NCBI GenBank assembly: GCA_048939995.1
Contig: JBHLOY010000002.1
Coordinates: forward strand, 384,001 to 448,000
Direction: 5' to 3'
Source of the DNA: Promethearchaeota archaeon
Lineage (GTDB): Archaea > Asgardarchaeota > Lokiarchaeia > Sigyniarchaeales > SOKP01
DNA: 64,000 nucleotides
The notes below the pieces were generated by a model, which did no database searches, was not told the origin of the DNA, and worked only from the letters and a program-made list of their open reading frames with translations. Below, piece by piece: positions 1 to 10,229 of this stretch (positions are counted from its first letter, which is position 1; the number at the start of each line of letters is the position of its first letter). A program made the translations under genes and the position numbers.

Positions 1-70
1 AAAAGTTTTTGTAATTCACAGAATATTTCTTTAAATAGTAAATGAATCCATTTATCAATTTAAGACTATT

Positions 71-867
71 TTGGTGAATTTAATGGATGATAAAGAAGTT
101 GCCAAATACTGGGATGAAAATGCTAATAATTGGACTAAATTAGCACGGATGGGTTATGATATTTATCGAAATTATGTGAATACTCCTGAATTTTTTAAAA
201 TCCTACCAAATATTTCTGGAAAAAAAGGCATCGATATTGGTTGTGGAGAAGGATATAACACTCGAATTGCGAGTAATCGGGGTGCTCGAATGGTAGGTAT
301 AGATATTTCCAAAATATTTATCGAAAAAGCAATTGAGGAGGAAAAGAAACATCCTCTCGGTATTGAATATAAGGTGGCAAGTGCTTCAGACTTACCCTTT
401 GATAATAATGAATTTTGTTTCGTAATATCTACCATGACGTTTATGGATTTATCCCAATTAGATAAAGCGTTAAAAAGGTGTACAGGATTATGAAAGATGA
501 GGGCTTTTTTCAATTTTCTATTCTTCATCCATGTTATTCTACACCAATCAGAGAATGGATGAAAGATAACGAAGGCAATAAAAAGGGCTTAATGTGCGGA
601 GATTATTTCAATGAATTAGAAGTTAGTATTGAGGAATGGATTTTTAGTGCTGCTCCAATAGATTTAGTAAAAGATATGAACAAATTTAGAGTTCCTAGAT
701 TCCATAGAACGCTAAGTACATGGTTTAATACTCTAATTGATATTGGATTTAAGTTAGAAAAACTACATGAGCCTCAAGCACATAAAGAAGCGCTTGAAAA
801 GGATCCACATCTAATTGATTGTAATATTGTAGCAAATTTCCTTATAATAAGATGTCGTAAGCTATAA
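71..867 (+). pseudogene. Class I SAM-dependent methyltransferase split by a frameshift (ORFs 71-493 and 478-867)
   Basis: DIGCGEG motif I in the first ORF; the second ORF continues the fold (VYRIMKDEGFFQFSILHP...FHRTLS) in the -1 frame at TTAAAAAGGTGTAC near 470-483. Could be an assembly error. Confidence 0.65.
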
Positions 868-1067
868 TTTGTTGCTTGAGAATGCAAATCATCAAGAACA
901 AGTAATTTTATAAAGTTGGAAACCTTGCTACATAGTTTCCGATAAGCAATTAAAAATTGAACCAAAAAATAAAGAATAAATAAATTTTTATATCTTTTAT
1001 AGCATAATTATTCTAATTAAGAATATTAATTTAAAAATAAACAAAAATTTTTAATAGTTGAAATAAA

Positions 1068-1562
1068 ATGAAATCTGGAAGGCTTTTAACATTATTAGCT
1101 GGAATAATCACTATTCTCGGTACTTATGTTTTTGCAATCTTTGGAGGGAGTGGTATTGTTGGTTCCGGTATTGGATTTATAACTAATTTACCTGATTTAT
1201 TTGGGAATACTACTGTAATAGCAGGTTTTCTTGGGTGGGAGGTTTGGGTTGTATATATTGTTTTAGTCCTTTTCATAATATTTCTTGCTGCGGGAGTGTT
1301 ACAAATAGTTGGGATGGCAAATCGAGTAGTAAGTTTCATATTTTCGCTTTTCCCTATAGCCGTCGGACTTATGATTATTTTACTTGCTTATACAGACATT
1401 CTAGGCACAGCCTCTGCTTTCTTTACATTTTTCTTTTTACATACACAAATAGCTGATATCTTTCCATTTCTCATTCCCATCGACATTTTAGCTTTAGGCG
1501 CTTACTTAATGTTGGCGGGAGGAGTTTTAGGATTCATCAGTGCCTTTCTACCGAGAGATTAA
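1068..1562 (+). CDS. Hypothetical integral membrane protein (about 4 TM)
   Basis: 164 aa hydrophobic, Gly-rich ORF with ATG start. Confidence 0.75.
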   Translation: MKSGRLLTLLAGIITILGTYVFAIFGGSGIVGSGIGFITNLPDLFGNTTVIAGFLGWEVWVVYIVLVLFIIFLAAGVLQIVGMANRVVSFIFSLFPIAVGLMIILLAYTDILGTASAFFTFFFLHTQIADIFPFLIPIDILALGAYLMLAGGVLGFISAFLPRD

Positions 1563-1599
1563 ATAAAATTAGAATTAAATTTCTTTTTTTTTTCAATTT

Positions 1600-2256
1600 T
1601 TATTCGAGGGTTTTAAGATCCTCTGGACTATTAACATTTTTAAAAGATACTAAATTTAAGTCAAATTTCTTAATAGATTCTTCAATTGAAATATATTTTA
1701 TCTGCCAATAATCCCTGAGTAGATTAACTAGCTTAAATTTTTTTTTTTTTAAGTTATTACGAGAGGATACATATGCCTTTTCAATGGGATAAATAGCAAG
1801 TAATGGCTCCAAAAAGCCACTTTCCCATCTTGGGATACAACAATCATAATTCTGACATTCTTTTATCATATAAGCAATAACCTCATATTTAATAAGTGGA
1901 TTATCACATGATAAGGCAAAAGCTTTTTGATAACCAAGAACCTTTAATTCCTTAAATGCAGAGTATAATCCAAGCATAGCTCCCCGCATCTTCTGGTCTA
2001 AAATAATATTGTCATCTATAATAAATGCCATAATCTTATCGAAATTTATCTTATTCAAGCAATTTTGAACCTGATTTTTAGAATTGGCTACTAAAAAAAT
2101 GTCATAAGGAAATTGGGATAATACATCTAATTGATGTTCAATTAGCGCTTTTCCTTTAAACTTGAAAAAGCATTTATCTGTACCAAAACGATAACTCCTT
2201 CCTCCTATTAAAATAATGAAGGCAAGATTTTTATTTTTGACCTTAATTTTTAACAA
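1600..2256 (-). CDS. mobA: Molybdenum cofactor guanylyltransferase
   Basis: IILIGGRSYRFGTDK, LSCDNP, EPLLAIY and C-terminal NVNSPEDL motifs. Confidence 0.88.
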   Translation of the reverse strand: MLKIKVKNKNLAFIILIGGRSYRFGTDKCFFKFKGKALIEHQLDVLSQFPYDIFLVANSKNQVQNCLNKINFDKIMAFIIDDNIILDQKMRGAMLGLYSAFKELKVLGYQKAFALSCDNPLIKYEVIAYMIKECQNYDCCIPRWESGFLEPLLAIYPIEKAYVSSRNNLKKKKFKLVNLLRDYWQIKYISIEESIKKFDLNLVSFKNVNSPEDLKTLE

Positions 2257-2372
2257 CTAAAATTGTAAATTATATATATTCTATTAAACTAATAATTAAA
2301 AATTATTATTCATTTAAATTAATTGTATTTATAGTAGAAAATGTAAGGCTCCTTTTCAAGATATGCTAAATT

Positions 2373-3902
2373 ATGAGATTAAATTATAAAAATACCTCTC
2401 TTGGAGAGAAATTGAAAGAAAATTGTGCTGTTTTTGGAGCGACTTGTGATGATATTGGATATTCAGTTTCAAATTTGATATATACTGGCCTTATTGCTCA
2501 ACAACATAGAGGCCAGGAATCGGCTGGTATTTCTATTTTAAAGACAGGTGGAAAAATATACACATATAAAAAAAAAGGTTTAGTATCCAGTGTATTAAAT
2601 AATAAAATATTATCTAAGTTCTGGGGAAACGTTGGGATAGGACATACAAGATATGCAACCACAGGAGCACAAGAATATAGTTCGCAAGATTATATGCAAC
2701 CATATCATCTTAAGAACAATGAAATTGAATTCTCTATGGCATTTAATGGAACTATACCTAACTATTCAGATCTCCAAAAAAGAATGGAAGAAATGGGAAG
2801 AATTTTTATTACAAACACAGATACCGAAATTGCTGCCCAATTTATAGCTTCATTAGCTTTAGGAACGGAAGATTGGCCAGAAATCTTAAAGATTGCAAGT
2901 AGATTTTTTGACGGTTCATATTCTCTAATTCTATTATCACCAGAAGGTGATATCTATGCAATGCGTGATCCATTAGGGTTTAAACCTTTATGTATTGGGG
3001 AAATGAAAACTGAGAAAAGAAATATATATTTCGTAGCTTCTGAATCGTGTGCTATTGATGCAGTTGGTGGAAAGTTTATAAGAGACGTCATTCCCGGAGA
3101 AATTGTACATTTGAGTCATCAAAAAGATATCCACTCAGAAGCAATATTAAAAAAAGAGAGAACAGCCATATGTCAATTTGAATTTGTATATTTTGCCCGC
3201 CCAGATTCAATTATTGATGGAGTATCTGTTGCTGAAGCAAGATTAAGATTAGGAATGAATTTAGCTAGAAGAGATACCCTTTTGAAGAATCCTGAATTTA
3301 GGAAGAATGCTATAGTTGTTCCAGTCCCCGATTCTGGTCGCAGCGTTGCAGTAGGATATGCAAAAGAATCAGGGTTAACCTATGTAGAAGGTTTGATGAA
3401 GAATCGATACATCCATAGAACTTTTATTTTACCTGGTCAACAAAAAAGGAAAATCGCAGTGAAAGATAAATTAAATCCCATTCGAAGTATCGTGGAAGGT
3501 AAAGAGGTAATTCTTTTAGATGATTCAATAGTTCGAGGTACCACAACGCAACAAATTGTATCTTTACTAAAAAATATTGGCAAAGCAAAAGCAGTGCATT
3601 TACGGATAAGTTGTCCTCCTATAATAAGTCCATGCTACATGGGAATAGACTTTCCAACAAAAGAAGAGTTGATTGCGGGTAAGTTTCAAATGGTATATAA
3701 AGAAAATTATATTGAAGAGATAGAGAAGCAGATTGGTGCTGATTCACTTCTGTATCAAACTATAAACGATCTATCAGATGCCTTACATAAAACTGAAAAT
3801 CAATTATGCATGGCGTGTTTAACTGGTAACTATCCATTAAAGTCTGTGGAAAAATTAGTCGAATTAGAAATGTCTATTTCAACGGAAAGAGCTAAAAAGT
3901 AA
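2373..3902 (+). CDS. purF: Amidophosphoribosyltransferase (canonical: propeptide plus Cys1 nucleophile)
   Basis: KEN-CAVFG, QHRGQESAG, GHTRYAT, LLDDSIVRGTT PRPP loop, Fe-S cysteines (CQFE, PCYMG, CMAC). Confidence 0.96.
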   Translation: MRLNYKNTSLGEKLKENCAVFGATCDDIGYSVSNLIYTGLIAQQHRGQESAGISILKTGGKIYTYKKKGLVSSVLNNKILSKFWGNVGIGHTRYATTGAQEYSSQDYMQPYHLKNNEIEFSMAFNGTIPNYSDLQKRMEEMGRIFITNTDTEIAAQFIASLALGTEDWPEILKIASRFFDGSYSLILLSPEGDIYAMRDPLGFKPLCIGEMKTEKRNIYFVASESCAIDAVGGKFIRDVIPGEIVHLSHQKDIHSEAILKKERTAICQFEFVYFARPDSIIDGVSVAEARLRLGMNLARRDTLLKNPEFRKNAIVVPVPDSGRSVAVGYAKESGLTYVEGLMKNRYIHRTFILPGQQKRKIAVKDKLNPIRSIVEGKEVILLDDSIVRGTTTQQIVSLLKNIGKAKAVHLRISCPPIISPCYMGIDFPTKEELIAGKFQMVYKENYIEEIEKQIGADSLLYQTINDLSDALHKTENQLCMACLTGNYPLKSVEKLVELEMSISTERAKK

Positions 3903-3906
3903 TGAT

Positions 3907-5304
3907 TTATTCTACTCCATCCCAACAATAAGTGCATAACTTTTCCTTTGGCAAACCGATTGCTTTAACTAAATTTTCTAGCTTTTGGTATTTTAATGTC
4001 GTTAAATGTAGCTTTTTTCTGATTACATCAACCATAGCAATATAATTTGCTGAACTTGGGTCAACATAATCTGTTGGGTTCTCAATATCTTGTCCCGTTA
4101 ATTCCTTTATGGCCCAGCGACCTGCTAAGTCTAATTCAGAACGGGATCGAGAAAAATTAAGAAATTTACACCCAAAAATTAAGGGTGGACAAGCAGGTCT
4201 CATGTGAACTTCCATAGCTCCCGCCCGAAATAGTCTCTTTATGGTTTTTCTAAGTTGAGTGCCTCGAACGATAGAATCTTCACAGAAGAGTAGCCTCTTA
4301 TCTTCAATATGTTCTTTGATTGGAATGAGTTTCATCTTAGCAACTAAATCTCTAATGGATTGATCTTGCGGCATAAAACTTCTCGGCCAAGTAGGAGTGT
4401 ATTTAACAAAGGGACGTAAGAAAGGAACTTTTGCTTCATTTGCATATCCTAGTCCGTGAGCTGTACCAGAATCTGGAATACCTGCAACTAGATCAATTGC
4501 AATTTCATCGTTTTTTGCTAAATAAGAGCCACATCTATGGCGGACGACTTCTACATTAATCCCTTCATAGTTTGATGCAGGAAATCCATAATATACCCAT
4601 AAAAATGCACAAATTTGTAATTGATCACCTGGGGTAATCTTTTGATCGATTCGACTTTCATTTAAGAAAACTACCTCGCCTGGTCCAAGATATTTTGTTA
4701 TTTCATATCCTAGATTTGGGAATGCACATGTTTCCATTGTAACAGCATAAGATCCAGGTTTTTGACCAATAATGAGGGGCGTTCTACCAAATTTATCTCG
4801 AGCTGCATAGAGGCCTTTATCTGCTAATATAAGTATTGTGCAAGAACCGTCAATTTTGTTCTGAAGCCTTTGAATTCCTTCTTCAAATGTACTTTCTTGA
4901 CTGATAATTGTTGCAACCATCTCTGTAGGATTTATTTCTCCACCATGCATTTCAGAAAAATGGGTACCGTTCTTAAGTGCTTCCTTTGCTAGATCTTCTA
5001 AATTATTTATTCTTCCAACTGTAGCAATAGCAAATACACCTAAATGAGAACTAATAATCAAAGGTTGATCATCGTAATCGCTAATTACGGCAATTCCCAA
5101 ATTTCCATGCATTTTCTTTAGATCTTTCTCGAACTTAGATCTAAACTGGGTATTCGTAATATCCTTTATGAATCTTTGAAAACCACCAGTATTTTTGACA
5201 GCTAAACCACCTCTTCTAGTTCCTAAATGAGAATGATAGTCAGCCCCATAAAAAAGATCTTCAAGACAATCTCTTTTCGAAACTACTCCAAATAAGCCTC
5301 CCAT
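3907..5304 (-). CDS. purF: Amidophosphoribosyltransferase paralogue, MGG-type lacking the N-terminal Cys
   Basis: Starts MGGLFG; YHSHLGTRRGG, IPDSG, EDSIVRGTQ, RPACPP, LCTYCW. Confidence 0.88.
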   Translation of the reverse strand: MGGLFGVVSKRDCLEDLFYGADYHSHLGTRRGGLAVKNTGGFQRFIKDITNTQFRSKFEKDLKKMHGNLGIAVISDYDDQPLIISSHLGVFAIATVGRINNLEDLAKEALKNGTHFSEMHGGEINPTEMVATIISQESTFEEGIQRLQNKIDGSCTILILADKGLYAARDKFGRTPLIIGQKPGSYAVTMETCAFPNLGYEITKYLGPGEVVFLNESRIDQKITPGDQLQICAFLWVYYGFPASNYEGINVEVVRHRCGSYLAKNDEIAIDLVAGIPDSGTAHGLGYANEAKVPFLRPFVKYTPTWPRSFMPQDQSIRDLVAKMKLIPIKEHIEDKRLLFCEDSIVRGTQLRKTIKRLFRAGAMEVHMRPACPPLIFGCKFLNFSRSRSELDLAGRWAIKELTGQDIENPTDYVDPSSANYIAMVDVIRKKLHLTTLKYQKLENLVKAIGLPKEKLCTYCWDGVE

Positions 5305-5453
5305 TAATCATCCACTATATTATTTATCAGAACAAAATTTTTAAATAAAATTATTAATCCGCTAGGATTTTAAATTATAAACAAAAATGGATTCAAGAAG
5401 CGGGTTAATTTAGTTAAAAAATTAGACAAAAATCTAAAAATTCAGATTAACCT

Positions 5454-7853
5454 TCAATTTTGTTTTAAAAATTTGAATAAACCTCCAATCAGTTGACCTG
5501 TACTAATGCCAGCATCTCCGGGAGGAATATTATCATGTTCCAAGAAGGTATAACCTTTTTCTTCAATAAAATTCTTAATAGTATTTGAAAAAGAATAATT
5601 ATATGCTACTCCACCAGATAATCCAATTTTATCAACTTTATATTCTGAAGCAATCTTTACGGCCAATTCTGCAAATTTTTCTGCAAATTTTATTTGAAAA
5701 GCGGCAGCAATATCACTTGTTGAATTTAGTTTATTAAACTTTAATTTAATTATTTGTAAAATTAAATCAGAAGAATCAATTATATAAACCCCGTTCGTTT
5801 TAGTATATTTAATTTCAAGATCTATATTTTCTGCATTTCCTTGGCTTGCTAAACCCTCCAATCTCATAGCAGGTTCTCCTCTATAAGTTTTTATTGTTGA
5901 AGCTCCTAAAATATATGATACACAATCAAATATTCTACCAGCTGAACTTGTAAGTGGAATATTTTGACTAGGAAATTGGTTATTTACCTCTTTAAATTGA
6001 GAGATCATCGTTTCTAATTCTTGGTCCTTATATTCGAGATCATTCTTTAAATTTAGACCCTTAAAGAGATTAAAAGCTTCTTCAAGTTCTATTGTATTTA
6101 ATAGAATTGATGCCACCATTCTTGCGGGGTATTTTGTACAACGATCTGCTCCAATCATCGGCTGATATTGAAGATGCCCTAATCTTATATAATCAACGTA
6201 ATCACATAATAATATTTCACCGCCCCAAACGTTACCATCATCTCCATAACCAACACCATCAACACTTATTCCAACTATACGTTCACTTCTCTCCACTTCA
6301 TTCTCAGCCATTAATCCTAATATGTGAGCAAAGTGATGCTGAATATTATACAGCTGAACCTCATAAAGAGAAGCTAATTCTTTACCTAATCTAGTAGAGA
6401 CAAAAGCTGGGTGAACGTCACAACAAATAAAATCAATTTCAGAATCTTTTATCTGCAGCAAGTTTTTCATATGGAAGATAGCATCTTTTAAAAATTCATA
6501 TGTCTCTAAGTTTGTAGTATTTCCAATGTGTTGAGTGGGAAAAATTCGATTTCTCCGCAAGATAGCTCCTGTTGTTGTAAGTTCAGGGCCAGTTGCTATG
6601 GCTCCTTGGATCTCTACTTGAAATGGTAAGGGTAGATATTCTGGGACATACCCTCTTGATCTTCTAATTAATTTTATTTTATTATTATGAATTCTTAATA
6701 CACTATCATCGGCCCTTTGAAAAATAGGGCGATTATGAAGCAAAAAGATATCTGCTAAATCCTGAAGTTGGTCAAATATTACCTCGTTATCTATTCCCAT
6801 TGGAATATTTGATTTATTTCCACTAGTATAAACTAATGGTTTTTCACCTATATAATCAAACAATAAGTAATGTATTCCTGAATAGGGTAACATTACACCA
6901 ACATTATTTAAACCTGGAGCTACCTCCTCACTTATTCTAAAATTCTTAAAGAGGTTATTCCTCTCTAATAATACTATAGGTCTTCTAAATGACTCAAGAA
7001 GTTCTCTTTCTTCTTCTGAGATTTTGAATTCTTGTTCTATTGAATTAAGATTTGGTACCATTATAGCAAAAGGTTTATATTTCCGATCCCCCTTCCTGTT
7101 TCTAAGGTTTAATAAAATATCATCTTCAGTTAAACAGACGAGGTGAACACCTCCAATTCCTTTAATTGCCGCAATTCCACCTTCATTTATTCTGCCAGCA
7201 GTTTTAAGTAAAGTTTCTTCAATTGAATTTGTAGGTATTTTATTTTTATTTTTATCATACAATGCATAGTTAGGGCCACATACGGAACAGGCAAAGGTTT
7301 GAGCATGAAATCGCCGATTATAAAAGGACGTGTATTCTTTAATACATGATTGGGGCTCAGCAATTTGACAAAGTGGAAATTTATTCATGGTAGTTCTCTC
7401 CCTATCATAAGGTAAAGCTTGAACAGTCGTAAACCTTGGTCCGCAACTTGCACATGCTATGAAAGGATAATTGAAATACTTCTTTAAATCTTTATTTCTC
7501 ATATCTTTAATGCAGTCTGCACATGTCGCTATGTCTGGTGGAAGAGTTAAGCTAATTCCACGACCCTCTTCACTTTTAATGATTTTAAGGGTGTTATACT
7601 TAATATTCGTTTGAATTTCCTTGCTATTTAAGTTCTCAATGTAAGCTATAGCCGGTTTAGAGAGTTGGATTCTATTAACAAATAATTTAATTTTATCGGA
7701 ATTCCCTTGAATAACTAATCGAACTCCAGCATTTCCCCTATTTAAAATAATTCCATTAAGATCATAATCCTTTGCTAAGTTAAATAAAAAAGGACGGAAG
7801 CCTACTCCTTGAACAATTCCCGTTATATTGATCTCTACAGTTTTCTCGGTCAT
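5454..7853 (-). CDS. hypF: Hydrogenase maturation carbamoyltransferase HypF
   Basis: GIVQGVGFRPF acylphosphatase domain, zinc-finger Cys motifs, KGIGG, QHHFAH, DGVGYG, PPGDAGIS. Confidence 0.97.
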   Translation of the reverse strand: MTEKTVEINITGIVQGVGFRPFLFNLAKDYDLNGIILNRGNAGVRLVIQGNSDKIKLFVNRIQLSKPAIAYIENLNSKEIQTNIKYNTLKIIKSEEGRGISLTLPPDIATCADCIKDMRNKDLKKYFNYPFIACASCGPRFTTVQALPYDRERTTMNKFPLCQIAEPQSCIKEYTSFYNRRFHAQTFACSVCGPNYALYDKNKNKIPTNSIEETLLKTAGRINEGGIAAIKGIGGVHLVCLTEDDILLNLRNRKGDRKYKPFAIMVPNLNSIEQEFKISEEERELLESFRRPIVLLERNNLFKNFRISEEVAPGLNNVGVMLPYSGIHYLLFDYIGEKPLVYTSGNKSNIPMGIDNEVIFDQLQDLADIFLLHNRPIFQRADDSVLRIHNNKIKLIRRSRGYVPEYLPLPFQVEIQGAIATGPELTTTGAILRRNRIFPTQHIGNTTNLETYEFLKDAIFHMKNLLQIKDSEIDFICCDVHPAFVSTRLGKELASLYEVQLYNIQHHFAHILGLMAENEVERSERIVGISVDGVGYGDDGNVWGGEILLCDYVDYIRLGHLQYQPMIGADRCTKYPARMVASILLNTIELEEAFNLFKGLNLKNDLEYKDQELETMISQFKEVNNQFPSQNIPLTSSAGRIFDCVSYILGASTIKTYRGEPAMRLEGLASQGNAENIDLEIKYTKTNGVYIIDSSDLILQIIKLKFNKLNSTSDIAAAFQIKFAEKFAELAVKIASEYKVDKIGLSGGVAYNYSFSNTIKNFIEEKGYTFLEHDNIPPGDAGISTGQLIGGLFKFLKQN

Positions 7854-7876
7854 CCGACTAGTTTATTCTCCAAAAC

Positions 7877-8971
7877 TTATTCTTGATAATATTTATAATA
7901 AATTGAGCAAGTACCTTCGCTAGAGACCATACAAGGTCCTACTGGATAGAGAGGAGTGCATTCCTTTCTAAAGAGTTTGCATTCATAAGGAGAAAGTTTA
8001 CCAACCATTACTAAATGACAAGAGCAACCTGGAGGAATGTCTTGAGACTTCTTTATTTTGATATCGAACTTCTTATCTGCATTATACTCCTCAAATTTAT
8101 CTCGAATGACTAATCCTCCATCAAGAACCCTCCCAATTCCTCGCCAAGGAGATGAAACTGATTCAAAGACTTCCTTAATAATCTTCTGAGCGACTAGATT
8201 TCCTTCAGGTTTCACAACCCTGGAGTATTCATTAAGTGTTGCATAATTTTTCTCTTCTATCTGTTTTAACAACATTAAAATAGCTAATAAAACATCATTT
8301 GGTTCGAATCCAGCAATAACATTTGGTACTTTATATGCATCAGAAAAAATTTTAAAGGGCTGCAAGCCGATAATCGTGGAAACATGTCCAGGAGATATAA
8401 AACCATCTATATTTAGTTTAGATTGACTAATTAATAGCTCTAAAGCAGCAGGAATCAACTTATGGGCACAGATCACTGAAAAATTTGAAGGGGGTTTAGC
8501 TTGTATTTCATATCCAGTTAAAGGAACCGTCGTTTCAAACCCAATAGCAAAGAATACAATTTCTTTATTCGGATTATTTTGTGCTATTTTAACCGCATCA
8601 TGTGGTCCATAAATAATACGCACATCTGCTCCTTGAGATTTTAATTCAGCTAGAGAAATATTAGTAGCAGGTACTCTAATCATATCTCCAAAAGTGGTAA
8701 TAATAACCTCATCTCTTTTACCTAATTCAATAGCTTTATCGATATCTGCTGCTGGACAAACACAAACTGGACATCCAGGACCAGAAACTACTTCAATTTC
8801 CTTAGGTAGTAGTGTTCTTAAACCATATTTAGAGATAGTATGTTCGTGTGTGCCGCACACATGCATTATCTTGACATTTCTGTCCAAAGCATCACATATT
8901 TTTTTAATAGAACTGACAAGCTTCTCGGCAAATACATTGCTTTTTAAAAATTTCGTTCCAGGAATTTCCAT
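7877..8971 (-). CDS. hypD: Hydrogenase maturation protein HypD
   Basis: CGTH, GPGCPVC, GFETT, PGHVS, GPCMVSSEGTC. Confidence 0.97.
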   Translation of the reverse strand: MEIPGTKFLKSNVFAEKLVSSIKKICDALDRNVKIMHVCGTHEHTISKYGLRTLLPKEIEVVSGPGCPVCVCPAADIDKAIELGKRDEVIITTFGDMIRVPATNISLAELKSQGADVRIIYGPHDAVKIAQNNPNKEIVFFAIGFETTVPLTGYEIQAKPPSNFSVICAHKLIPAALELLISQSKLNIDGFISPGHVSTIIGLQPFKIFSDAYKVPNVIAGFEPNDVLLAILMLLKQIEEKNYATLNEYSRVVKPEGNLVAQKIIKEVFESVSSPWRGIGRVLDGGLVIRDKFEEYNADKKFDIKIKKSQDIPPGCSCHLVMVGKLSPYECKLFRKECTPLYPVGPCMVSSEGTCSIYYKYYQE

Positions 8972-9005
8972 AATTATAATTAAAATAATTAATTAAACAT
9001 TTTAT

Positions 9006-10058
9006 TCAACAAATCCGAGGAATCACTTCACCTACTGGCATTTCGATGAATCTAGTTCCTCCAACTAATGTTTTGAGTAAAACTTTCTTATTATTTTCAG
9101 CTATTACCTCTCCAATAATATTTGCATCTTTTCCAATTTTTGTAGATTTTATTTTTTGAAGAATATTTTCTGCTTGATTAGGATCAACAGATAATAAAGC
9201 TCTACCTTCAGATGCAATATTGAAAGGGTCCAATCCAAGCATTTCGCATACAGCAAATACTTGCTTTTTAATTGGAATGCTATCTTCATCTAACATAATA
9301 CCGATGTTGGATTTCATAGCCCAATCATTCAAAGCAGCAGCTATTCCACCTCTGGTTGGATCTTTCATCGCATGAATATAGTTGTTATTTATATCTGGTT
9401 TTAAGACATCGTAAACCTCTAATAAGGTATTAACATCTGATTCTAAATCTGAAGAAATATTTAGGCCTTCTCGACTTGAGATTAATGCAGTTCCGTGATC
9501 TCCAATTGAACCAGTTATAATAATTTTATCTTTTGGCTGCAAATTATTATCCAAAATTTTAATATGTTTGGCTTTAATTCCTATTCCCGTAATAGCCATA
9601 ATTAATTCATTTAATGTACCACGGGGCATAATTTTTGTATCTCCCGCTATAATAGCGATATTAGCTTCTCTTGCTTTATAATTAAATGAATTGATAATCT
9701 TTTCTAATAAATCGAATTTTAGCCCTTCCTCGATTATAATGATAGAAGTAATGGCTAGAGGCTGGGCACCCATCATTAATAAATCATTAACAGTGCCACA
9801 AACACTTAAAATTCCTAAATTACCGCCAGGAAAAAATAGAGGGTACACAGTGTAACCGTCTGAGGTTACTACAATTTCTTTATCGTAATCCTCTAATGGA
9901 ATCGTAGCTCCGTCATCTAGCTCCTCCACTCCTATTCCTTTATTAACATTTTTATAGGTTATGTTATTAGTAATAAAATTAATTAACTCTTCTTGAAGTA
10001 AACCTCCGGATCCATGAGCAAGACGAATGACACTGGAGCTTACTTTTTTCATACTCAT
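9006..10058 (-). CDS. hypE: Hydrogenase maturation carbamoyl dehydratase HypE
   Basis: LAHGSGG, DDGA, GDTK, MKDPTRGG, C-terminal PRIC. Confidence 0.97.
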   Translation of the reverse strand: MSMKKVSSSVIRLAHGSGGLLQEELINFITNNITYKNVNKGIGVEELDDGATIPLEDYDKEIVVTSDGYTVYPLFFPGGNLGILSVCGTVNDLLMMGAQPLAITSIIIIEEGLKFDLLEKIINSFNYKAREANIAIIAGDTKIMPRGTLNELIMAITGIGIKAKHIKILDNNLQPKDKIIITGSIGDHGTALISSREGLNISSDLESDVNTLLEVYDVLKPDINNNYIHAMKDPTRGGIAAALNDWAMKSNIGIMLDEDSIPIKKQVFAVCEMLGLDPFNIASEGRALLSVDPNQAENILQKIKSTKIGKDANIIGEVIAENNKKVLLKTLVGGTRFIEMPVGEVIPRIC

Positions 10059-10229
10059 AATTGAACTTAAGAAGCAAAAATTATAAGAATTTAGATTTTA
10101 ATTAATAGCTTTTCGTGAAGTTTGACCTCTCACTAAAAATAAATAAAAGCAAAAAATCAAAATGGATATCTTTCTATAATATTATAGTAAAAACTCTAAA
10201 ATCTAAGTTTGGATTATAAGAAAAAAAGA

